Positions 8,508 to 17,462 of a stretch of DNA of 32,000 nucleotides are shown piece after piece. Each line of letters opens with the position of its first letter. Position 1 is the first letter of the stretch. The stretch lies in NCBI RefSeq assembly GCF_003574135.1, contig NZ_AP018341.1, forward strand, positions 1,865,740 through 1,897,739, given 5' to 3'. The notes below the pieces were generated by a model. It was not told the origin of the DNA and did not search any database. It worked only from the letters and a program-made list of their open reading frames with translations. A program made the translations under genes and the position numbers. Source of the stretch: a cyanobacterium endosymbiont of Rhopalodia gibberula. GTDB lineage: Bacteria > Cyanobacteriota > Cyanobacteriia > Cyanobacteriales > Microcystaceae.

Positions 8508-10519
8508 GACTTAACGTAAAAATTGAGTTTCTACTAAACTTGTTATGTAAAAATTAAGCATATAAAGACTATAGTCTGATTATCAATAATAGGTGTAACA
8601 AAAGCTAACTCATTTAGATGGACAATGTTTTAGCTGGTTTTGTGTTTAAATTTAAATATACTAGTCCTAAGGTTTTTACTCGACTTACACATATAGCATC
8701 AAATACTCTACTCGGTTTAATCGATAAGATTCTAAATTTTTAAATACTTATCACTATCCATCATTAGATTTTAAATGAGATAGGAGTAGTTTTACTTATC
8801 GAAAAAATAGGTATAATATTTACTTTTATCTATTAAAATTAGACTATGAGAAAACTTCATCTAAATAATCAATTCTATTAAAGATTTATCTTGTACACAA
8901 AAATCAGTCTATCTCAGAATTAATCTTTATTAAGTTAAATATAATCAACATTTAAATAAATTTAAAGAATAGTTAAGTCTCTTAAAAGAAAAAGAGTATA
9001 TCTGGAAAAATTTTAAATAAAAATCATTGAAGCAATTTTAACTAGTGACATCATATAGTTTAATCTAGTTAAAGTAATGAAGTGAGTGCACAACAACTAG
9101 AAACAATGCTCAAAGATTTAGTGTAAAAATTACAAATAAAAAAACCTTAGATATTGAAAAAATTGGCAGTTACTAAAAACATCTTAATCGATAAATAATA
9201 AAATTGTTATGTAGTGTTAATGTATTTAGATACAAAGAGTGAGGGTAAGTTTACAGAAACAATAAAATATAAATTACTACTAAAATAGTTAAAAATATTA
9301 AAATAATTAGCTTTTAACTATATCAAATATATTTATATGTTTTGGTAAAAAGTATAATAATGTTGCATGTTAATTAACATAATAATCTAAATTATTAACA
9401 AATAAATATCATGAAATTAAACAGATTAACGCTAAGTCAGATAGCTATAAAAAACTTTTTAGTAAGTTAATAAAAATCTTTAAATATTAATGGTATAAAA
9501 CATATAATTTCTAAATTAGAAACTAAAATAAAGTAAAATTAAACAATATATGTTAAACATTAGTAGCCCTCTTGATATATACTAATCAACAGAATAATTA
9601 AGAAAATTATTTAAGATATCAAGAATGATATCAAGACCATTTAAATTGGCTAATTAATATCAAATATTTTATTTATGATACTTGTAAAATAGTAATACTT
9701 TCATCTTAATTTTGAAAAAATTATTACTTATTTTAGACAAGAAATAGTAAAGAATATTAATGGTAAAGCTAAGTTAATTGAAAGGAAGACTTATAGGATC
9801 ATAAATTTTGTATTTTTTTATACTAAAACTTTTTTACTTGATATTTTACTAATTATTTCTACATTATTATTTCAGTAAAACCAGAATTTATAATCAAAAA
9901 TAGTCAGTAATTTATACCTAATTAACAATAATCTAAAGTCTAAAAATCAGATTGCCTAAGAAGAAGAACTACTTGACGTAATCTTAAAAATTATTTATTT
10001 AACTCAATTACAAATTGTCAATTTTTTCCTAAGAGAAAACACTACTTTTTGGTTCTTTTAGATATAAAAACTGAACTGACTCAATAAAATTTAATTAAAT
10101 ATCCAAAATTAGATTTAATAAAGGTTAATTTTGGATAGATAAGTTAGCCAAATTCCATTAACCAACAGTTTTTATATCATGTAATTATTTCAGAATTAGC
10201 CATTAATTATCAACCAAATTAGTGTATAAATAAATTCATAGCCTTCCTAAACCAGAGAGTTTGTTTCTAAATTTAGAACAGGTTGCTTCTCTATCACTTC
10301 TAGGAGAAAAGGTTTTTGATCAACTCTCTATTAATCTCATCAATAAGTTAACTAATAATATTTAAATTGTTTTAATAAAAAAGCTAATATACTCACTTTA
10401 GTGACAATCCAATGTCAATAGTCAAAATAAATTTAGTTTATTTATTTTGACTGTTTTATAAAAACTTTATTTTTTTTATTTAAAATAAAAAATATTATTA
10501 CTAATAGTTATACTTTTTT

Positions 10520-11510
10520 TAAAAAAATAAAGTAGCCATAAATAAATTTAAACTCGTTCATGTCTTCAACTCATTAAACCTAAAGATAATGCCTATTCTA
10601 TAGTAATTCAACTACTTTATAAAAACCCAGTAATTGCTTGATAATCAAAAGTATAGTCAATAATTCTATCCCACAAAGAAGCAACAGAAATCTACTAATC
10701 ATCAGATTTGATTACTTCAAGTTAACAATTATTTATAGTTTCTTTGTATTTAGGTAAAGTAATGATATAAGATAAATAATAAACCCAATAAATTTGTACC
10801 AAGTATTGGTTTTCATTCAAAGTTAACTCAATTGTAAGAGAATTAATAGAAAAATAACCACAAGTTGCTAAAATCAAAATCGCCCCTGGTTTAAGTACTT
10901 CATAATACTTTTCAAGTAGTTTAGTTTTATCGGGCATATGTTCGCCACTTTCAAGGAACCAGACTAGGTCAAAATTATTATCCTAATAAGGGATATTTAA
11001 GGCATTAGTTACCTGAAAATTAACTGTAGATATTTTCTTGATAGTTAGCTAATTTTTAATTGAATTAGTGAACTTAAAATTTTTATCAAATTAATATAAA
11101 TTTCTGGACAAAACTTGATTATTTCTTCTAAATAAACAATGGCTTTATGTTAGCAACTTAGTCTAACTTGACAACGTACTTATTACTATCAAGTATAGTC
11201 ACTTTTTAGTATAGTATTCATATCTTTTTTATAAAAATTAATCTCTTCATAGAGAAGGTACAATTGTGATCAAATTTGCGCTTGATAATACCATGAACAA
11301 TAATCGTTCGATTTAATTTCTAAAGCTTTTCCTATGGTACTGTTTTCAACAATCATCAGAACAATGTTTTATAAATTGATTAATATAATAAAGCCCTCGA
11401 TTGTTTTATTTTAAAACAGACACAGTCTTGCTCGCATTACCCCATAATTCTTCGGTTGAACCTTTTGGTAGCCGACAACAGCCCTTCCATGATATCCGAG
11501 TTTTTCTAGC
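10520..11510 (-). pseudogene. gamma-tocopherol methyltransferase-like class I SAM methyltransferase, eroded
   Basis: The minus-strand frame reads FQVTNALNIPY*DNNFDLVWFLESGEHMPDKTKLLEKYYEVLKPGAILILATCG...LNENQYLVQIYWVYYLSYIITLPKYKETINNC*LEVIKSDD**ISVASLWDRIIDYTFDYQAITGFL*SS*ITIE*ALSLGLMS*RHERV*. This is collinear with the FD.VWS.ESGEHMP.K / LKPGG.L / YCLPYV.SLP.YE / WS.AVAPFWD.VI motifs of gamma-TMT. There are at least 9 in-frame stops. Confidence 0.75.
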
Positions 11511-11661
11511 CTCATACCGCGTTTAACCAAATCCAATAGTTATTAGTATAGATTTCATTGGAGTTTCAAGTGACTGACAGTTAATTTATGATTTATTTAT
11601 CAATAACCATATAAAAATTATATGTTGTTATTAAACACATACCAAACACGTATCGAATATT

Positions 11662-12876
11662 ATGTTGCCTTCTGATTTATTAATTTATCGTTATAGTGGC
11701 AAGTCTATAGTTCCTAGAAAACTGCCTTTAGATTCCAACGCGCTCACCCTTGCTTCTGAACAAATTAATTGTTTTCAAAACAATCTAGGGAGTACTCAAG
11801 AACAACTAAACCGAAAGCTTCTAGAACTAGAAGCAGATAATCCAAATTATCGGATTAAACGAGGGTTAGCCCATCTGTTAAAAAATAACTTTTCAACTTT
11901 TGAAATTGTCAGTCCTCTCGAACCCCAAGAACTACGACAACGGGTATTTAGTCGTGCGGCAGAATTCCTCCCTATTCCCTCTAACCGTTTCTATCTGTTA
12001 GACAACATTGCTAGTCTATTAAGTGAGGAATTAAATAGGGAAATCTTGCCTATTGAAATTGAACGAGGACTTTATGCAGACTTACAAGAAAATCGTATCC
12101 TAACTGATTTTGAGTCTCCTACTTCAGAAGAATTAATCCATCGCTATAATTTATCACAAGTTCAAGGAATTTTCTATCGTTCGAGTCACATTATAATCAA
12201 TGCTCATCGCAATGATCCAGGGGAATATAAATTGCTGTTCCGTTATCTTAAATTATTTCAATTAATGGCTTATATCGAAGGAGATGCAGATACGGGATTT
12301 ACCATTATGATGGATGGACCTACAAGTCTATTTAAAGCTAACACCCGTTATGGGTTAGCCTTAGCTAAAATGATTCCGGCACTACTCCATGTTAGTAAAT
12401 GGAGTCTTGAAACTAAATTACAAATCAAGGACAACTATACCGGAAAAATTAAAACTAGTCATTTTAGTTTAGATGATCGCTGTGGTTTAGTGAGTCATTA
12501 TTCTAAAGGAAAAACCTATGATAGTATGTTAGAAGAATCCTTCGCCAAACGATGGGCGAAATTGAGAACTCAATGGCGACTAGAAAGAGAAGTGGATTTA
12601 ATTCCTTTACGGGGGAGTGTAATGATCCCCGACTTTCGTTTAGTACATCCCGATGGACGAGATATTTTGTTAGAAATTGTTGGATATTGGCGACCAGAAT
12701 ACTTACAAAAAAAATTTTATCAGGTACAAAATTCCGATGTAGATAATCTAATTCTAGCTATCTCTGAACGATTGAATCTAGAAAAGGCAGGAGTTAAACT
12801 TACAGATACTCCCGCGAAGATTGTTTGGTTTAAAGATAAGCTGGACCCCAGAAAAATTTTGGATTTATTGGAATAA
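11662..12876 (+). CDS. DUF790 (Bax1-like) endonuclease family protein
   Basis: 404 aa. N-terminus MLPSDLLIYRYSG..IVPRKLP, then RIKRGLAHLLKNNFSTFEIVSPLEP, and a C-terminal nuclease-like IPDFRLVHPDGRDILLEIVGYW. This matches my recollection of the DUF790 family. Confidence 0.8.
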   Translation: MLPSDLLIYRYSGKSIVPRKLPLDSNALTLASEQINCFQNNLGSTQEQLNRKLLELEADNPNYRIKRGLAHLLKNNFSTFEIVSPLEPQELRQRVFSRAAEFLPIPSNRFYLLDNIASLLSEELNREILPIEIERGLYADLQENRILTDFESPTSEELIHRYNLSQVQGIFYRSSHIIINAHRNDPGEYKLLFRYLKLFQLMAYIEGDADTGFTIMMDGPTSLFKANTRYGLALAKMIPALLHVSKWSLETKLQIKDNYTGKIKTSHFSLDDRCGLVSHYSKGKTYDSMLEESFAKRWAKLRTQWRLEREVDLIPLRGSVMIPDFRLVHPDGRDILLEIVGYWRPEYLQKKFYQVQNSDVDNLILAISERLNLEKAGVKLTDTPAKIVWFKDKLDPRKILDLLE

Positions 12877-13255
12877 CTTTTAGAATAACTTAATGAATCG
12901 ATCGATTGACATAGAGTCATTTTTTTTCTAAAACATCTCAAAATTCAGTCCATCCACATTCTTTTTTCAGTTTTCAGGAATATTTGTAAAGTGTTAGAAA
13001 ACAGTATGAGTAATTTAGTCCGTCGTCAGATATGATTGGTAATCATATATATTTTTTCCTTTAGGAAGTTAGTTGATAAACCGGAACTCTGAGCGTAAGA
13101 ATTGCTGAAAAGGGTCTTTAGGAAAGAAAAAATATTTCATGTTTTTCCAGCAAACCCTAATTAATTACGTAAATTTTATCAAAATAAAGAGCTCAGCTTA
13201 TTTGGAGAGAGAAATAGAAGTTGTGGTATCCTTTAAATGCGTGTTAATCACTGAA

Positions 13256-13642
13256 TCACCAACGCCAAACTTGTTGATATTGTTCAAACAAATTGGGTAA
13301 ATCACGACGAGATAATTTTTGAATTCCACTAAGTAATTTTGCCTCGGGAATACCCCTTTGGGCGATATCCTCTGCAATTGCATACACTTTCAATCCACTA
13401 TCAAGAGCTTGTTGTAAATCTTGATCAACTTTGGCTGGACAAGTTTGTTGCCAAGAACCTAATGTCAAACCATCATTTCCTTGTCCACTAACAGCATAGT
13501 TAACGGCACTGCCTCGTAACAAAATATCGACTTCGCCACCGGCTGTCTTTAAAACTTGAACTATCCAAATAGCCGGATCATCTTGTTCTTCAACGATACA
13601 ACGATAAGCTGATTCAATAATTTGTAATGCTTTCATAGTCAA
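13256..13642 (-). CDS. DsrE/DsrF/DsrH-like family protein (third gene of trio)
   Basis: 128 aa. LLRGSAVNYAV and C-terminal VWRW are typical of DsrE-superfamily proteins of unknown role in cyanobacteria and actinobacteria. Confidence 0.6.
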   Translation of the reverse strand: MTMKALQIIESAYRCIVEEQDDPAIWIVQVLKTAGGEVDILLRGSAVNYAVSGQGNDGLTLGSWQQTCPAKVDQDLQQALDSGLKVYAIAEDIAQRGIPEAKLLSGIQKLSRRDLPNLFEQYQQVWRW

Positions 13643-13710
13643 TACTCCTTAAAAATTTAGAATCCTTTTACTCCTTGCCTTACTAAAACTTGTTTTAAAT
13701 AGGTTTTAGC

Positions 13711-14121
13711 TTATCTTGTGCCGATAACTAACGTTGATGCGGATTCGGTAGCCCATTGCCAAAAATCTTTGGGTCCGCCGCGACGACATCCTTTGATCGC
13801 TTCTTGTACACCCCTTTCATCAACACAAAGACCACAATTAATCCAATCAAATCTACAGCCTTTGTCTTGTGCTTTTGCTTGCATCGCTGCCACCCAATCT
13901 TTAGTTAATGGATGATTTTCTTCCTCAAAGGTACGGCCATGAATACTATTAGCGTGAGGTCTCTGGTGAGAAAACGCTAAGGAAACTGCTCCTTCATAGG
14001 CAAAAACATTGACATTGTAGCCTTTGTCTAATGCTGCATCCATCAGCCGAAAAGCGGTGGTTGTTCTCGCTTGTTCAAATGGCGCATCCATTAAGAGAAA
14101 TGTAAGGGTTGTTGTACTCAT
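13711..14121 (-). CDS. DsrE family sulfur-relay-like protein
   Basis: I start it at the internal ATG (MSTTTLTFLLMDAPFEQ...) rather than at 14172. It carries INCGLCVDERG with conserved cysteines. 136 aa. Confidence 0.7.
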   Translation of the reverse strand: MSTTTLTFLLMDAPFEQARTTTAFRLMDAALDKGYNVNVFAYEGAVSLAFSHQRPHANSIHGRTFEEENHPLTKDWVAAMQAKAQDKGCRFDWINCGLCVDERGVQEAIKGCRRGGPKDFWQWATESASTLVIGTR

Positions 14122-14199
14122 TATTTTGTCAGTTACTAATAAACAGTGATTCAGTAGATAATTTCTGGTCATAGGCTATCGCCTGTCGACCCTCGATAT

Positions 14200-14520
14200 T
14201 TATAACCACAAGGTTTTTTGTCCTTGTCCCATAGCATCGGCTACTGAAGATATGGTAGAAATTTGAATACCAGAATTCACTTCAGAATACTCAATTCCTC
14301 TTTCTTCGAGAGAAAATCTATCTGCCAAGACTTTAACTGAATTCAGGTTGGCTAATTCAGAAGGAATAATAGTTGAGCGGGTGGCTAGTACACCGTTTTC
14401 CACTAAAAATAAAGTCACTTCGTGCCCTGACTTAGCTAGATCAGATGCCAATTGATAATCGTGTATAACTTCTGTAGACTCGAAAGGACTTTTTGACTCG
14501 ATTAAAAAATATTGACTCAT
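14200..14520 (-). CDS. DsrE/DsrF-like family protein (first gene of trio)
   Basis: 106 aa. The YFLIESKSPFES...VTLFLVENGV pattern is an alpha/beta DsrE-like fold signature. It is 27 nt upstream of the next gene on the same strand. Confidence 0.6.
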   Translation of the reverse strand: MSQYFLIESKSPFESTEVIHDYQLASDLAKSGHEVTLFLVENGVLATRSTIIPSELANLNSVKVLADRFSLEERGIEYSEVNSGIQISTISSVADAMGQGQKTLWL

Positions 14521-15382
14521 GGACTCTTATTGAAAGACTATCGCTTCTGACTATATCTAACAATAGGTTTAAATCCAATTCTATTGGACTAAATTTAAGG
14601 CTTTCTTTAAAAGTAACTGGGTGGGCTTAAAAAAGCCTAAAATAGAAACGTAGTTAAAAAAGGGCTATCATTGTATACAAAACCCAAAATTTAGCTAACA
14701 AAATTAGAAGAGTAAATACTACTAAAATTGATTTATAACTACAAAAAAATGTATTTTTATATATAAAATTATTTAGAAGATTTCATTAAATAACAATTTA
14801 TAGATGAATTATTTAAACAATATAAATATTGTATTTTTTTCTGATAAATAGAAAAACTTTGAATTGAAGAAGATATGAAAATATTTATAATAGTCAACAA
14901 CTGTCTAAGTACCTAAGACTAAAAAATACTGTAAATATAAAAGGATAAATACGATGATTGTTATTAACATTGACTTAGTGCATACAAGTAGTTTATTTAA
15001 AGCTAAACTTGAACAATGGAAAGAGAAAGAATTATATATACACTTTCTACTAACCTATAGTCTAGGACTAAATATAATAGGAAGAGAATGACAGAAAACA
15101 AAAGCTCACAGAATTGCTATGAAGATTTTGAAGATGAATACAGTTTAGTTAAGATAGGTAAATAAAGTACTTATTAAATAAGCTTTTTTTTAAAAAAAAC
15201 TAGAGCAATATAAATTCAATTTTAGTTACCTAAATATAAATCCCAAAAAAAGAATATTTTTTATATTTATATCTATCTAGATCATCCTACTTACAAATAT
15301 ACTAAAAATGCCACCCAGCTATTAATTAAGCAGACATTGATAAGTTTAGTTGCTTCTAATAAAAATCAATATCTGTCCATAA

Positions 15383-16786
15383 TCAATTTGATTGAGATGA
15401 GATACGTTCAAATAGATAAACTTGGTTTTTTTTGTAGGTTAATTGAAAATCGGGAATTTGTTCAATTCTTCCTATTAGAGTGTCAACCAATTCTGGTGAA
15501 CTATTCCAACCTGGATGACGTTTATTTAACAATATATCATCAAATTGTTGAAGATTAATTTCTTGTGAACCCTCAATTGCTAATTCAACTTTAGTTCGAT
15601 GTGCAACATGGGGGGCAATATTAGCTGAGGTCAACACACTACCTTCTTTTGTCACTTGAGTTAAGGCTTCTCTGGTTGCTGACCAAGTATCTATAGATTC
15701 AAGGTAGCGAGAGGTAAAATAGCCAACTTTAGCTAGAGCAAAAAAAGTAACTAATGACCACAAAACAATATATTTAGGTCTTTGTAACCATCCTTGTCCT
15801 GCACTTATAGTTGCAATCACCACTAGGATTAAAAAGGGTAAAACTGGAAGAGAATATTGGTGCAATAAATCTTTTTGTTCTTTATTTTCAGTCAGTAAAT
15901 TTAAGAATAAAATAGGAAAAGCACCGATTAATGGAGAAAAATGTCTAGGAAGTAATCCCCAAATAAAAGGACATAAAAGCAACAACAAATACTCTAAATT
16001 ATTTAAAGTGAAGAGATGACTTAGAACAATTTGTGGTTTAAAAAAAAGATTTAAAATAATCTCCTGTAAAGATACCCCCAAAAAATTATATCTAGCAACA
16101 GCAGCCACCTGTTCTCCACTAAATTGAGGAATAATTACTTTAGTGGCTAAAACAAACCAAACTATTCCTATTACTAAAGAAATTACCCCAAACTTTATTT
16201 TTTTCTCTCCTAAGATTAGCCAAGCTCCCATTGCTGTTATAGTTAAAGATAAAGCATCCCGACAACTCAAAATAAAAATTAGTGCTAAGCTAAACGCAAA
16301 AATGTTGTTTTTTTTTGCGGCTAGTAATGCCCAAAAAAAAGCAGGCAGTGTCAATGTTTCGGGGTGAAAATCAAACAAATTTAGGTTAAAAATTAGGGGG
16401 TAAAAAAGATAAGAGAACGCGATTACTACAGCTAAGTTTGGGGTTAAATTTGCGTGTCTTGCTAGTTGCCAGACTGGTAATGCTCCTAAAGAAAGGGCAA
16501 TCGCTTGTAATCCAAATAGCCAATAAACACTAGGGTAAATCTTATATAATCCAGCAATTGCATAAAGAATGAATGCAGCGTGATCTCCTAATATGTGTAT
16601 ACCTCGCAAGGAAACGAAAGGAATTTTTCCCTGACTAATCAAATAAATACCATTATCAAAAATTGCTAAGTCATAAGCAGTAGATTGAAATAATATATGT
16701 CTTAAGCTACTACAAGTTAATAAAATCAACGTACTCACTGTGATCATAATTATTACAGAATAGCAATTAAAGTTTTTTGGGGTCAT
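15383..16786 (-). CDS. DUF2079 integral membrane protein (GT-C-like)
   Basis: 467 aa and polytopic. N-terminal motif AYDLAIFDNGIYLISQGKIPFVSLRGIHILGDHAAFILY is typical of DUF2079. Confidence 0.8.
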   Translation of the reverse strand: MTPKNFNCYSVIIMITVSTLILLTCSSLRHILFQSTAYDLAIFDNGIYLISQGKIPFVSLRGIHILGDHAAFILYAIAGLYKIYPSVYWLFGLQAIALSLGALPVWQLARHANLTPNLAVVIAFSYLFYPLIFNLNLFDFHPETLTLPAFFWALLAAKKNNIFAFSLALIFILSCRDALSLTITAMGAWLILGEKKIKFGVISLVIGIVWFVLATKVIIPQFSGEQVAAVARYNFLGVSLQEIILNLFFKPQIVLSHLFTLNNLEYLLLLLCPFIWGLLPRHFSPLIGAFPILFLNLLTENKEQKDLLHQYSLPVLPFLILVVIATISAGQGWLQRPKYIVLWSLVTFFALAKVGYFTSRYLESIDTWSATREALTQVTKEGSVLTSANIAPHVAHRTKVELAIEGSQEINLQQFDDILLNKRHPGWNSSPELVDTLIGRIEQIPDFQLTYKKNQVYLFERISSQSN

Positions 16787-17068
16787 TTCTATAATTCTTC
16801 CTCTGCTAAACTAAAAATAGTTATTTGAACTGATGATTATAATTTTTTTATAGACAAAATTATAATTAGTGTTTCAGTTCAACTTTTTTTATTAGCTCAT
16901 AAACTATCTTTATTATCAATACACAACACACAAAGATTAGCAAGCCCAGACAAAGTTACTATATCAGGATTCTTTATCCATTGGACATAGATCGGTAAGG
17001 TAGAGAACAATAGCTTATTTTAAATAAAATAGCTGATAATATTTATAAATATTTTAAAATTAAGAAAA

Positions 17069-17096
17069 AAGCGATTTTACTTCATAAAAATCGCTT
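17069..17096 (-). terminator. intrinsic terminator-like hairpin, functional orientation minus
   Basis: A 10-bp perfect stem aagcgatttt / aaaatcgctt with an 8-nt loop. On the minus strand it is followed by TTTTTTCTTAATTTT. On the plus strand it is followed by an A-run, so it is unlikely to act on plus-strand transcripts. Confidence 0.4.
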
Positions 17097-17143
17097 AATT
17101 TCAAAAAAAATAGTTTTAATACCTCTCTCTTATAGAAAAATTT

Positions 17144-17154
17144 TGTGGTACAAT
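17144..17154 (+). promoter_or_regulatory. extended -10 promoter candidate (TGnTACAAT)
   Basis: tgtggtacaat, with TG at 17146-17147 and TACAAT at 17149-17154. It would give pmbA a leader of about 300 nt. Confidence 0.3.
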
Positions 17155-17462
17155 CACGCATAGCAAAAATACCCTGCTCACTGCAGCGTGGTTTATGCAA
17201 AAAGAGCATCTGGAAAAGTTAAAATTAGAAACCTCTAGTGGCGGAGAACATTCCTTAAACTGAAGAGCTAACCAATCTAGACAACTGATAACACTTCTTA
17301 TGGTTAGCTGCTACGAGAGCAGAGATACTTAAGCGGTATGAATGATTCAGGAACTCTTATACACAAGTTTGGGCAAATCTGCTTTCTGTGCGTGCGTGGA
17401 GTTATGTTAACTCTCGATACATTCTAAGATAGATGTATTAACAATCCTTGGTTATCCTCAAT

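Noticed and set aside
10722-10937. 71-aa ORF as an independent small gene
   Set aside because: It is the longest open piece of the gamma-TMT-like pseudogene. The same frame continues with homologous sequence across stops on both sides.
2101-11661. CRISPR array or other regularly spaced repeats hidden in the AT-rich blocks
   Set aside because: I found no direct repeat of 24-40 nt recurring at regular spacing. I saw only isolated hairpins and two 12-nt tandem duplications.
12552-12941. ORFs 12552..12746(+) and 12720..12941(-)
   Set aside because: They are an alternative-frame ORF and an antisense ORF, both overlapping the well-supported DUF790 gene (the antisense one also runs past its 3' end).
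13198-13915. ORFs 13198..13383(-) and 13718..13915(+)
   Set aside because: They overlap the DsrE-like genes out of frame or antisense. One has a proline/serine-rich composition typical of shadow frames.
11662-14520. DUF790 nuclease plus neighbours as a defence island
   Set aside because: No helicase, methyltransferase, ATPase or toxin-like partner is adjacent. The neighbours are a metabolic pseudogene and DsrE-like proteins, so there is no support for a defence system.
15337-16367. ORFs 15337..15558(+) and 16143..16367(+)
   Set aside because: They are antisense to the DUF2079 membrane-protein gene. Long antisense frames are common opposite T-rich membrane genes.
17150-17447. Known housekeeping RNA (RNase P RNA, tmRNA, SRP RNA, cobalamin or TPP riboswitch)
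   Set aside because: None of the hallmark motifs are present: GGAAAGUCCGGGC and ACAGAA..CGGCUUA for RNase P, GGGGCUG 5' end and UCCACCA 3' end for tmRNA, the SRP GGAA/AGCA loop, the B12 box, or CUGAGA with ACCUGAUCUGGAUAAUGCCAGCG for TPP. It is kept only as an unassigned candidate.
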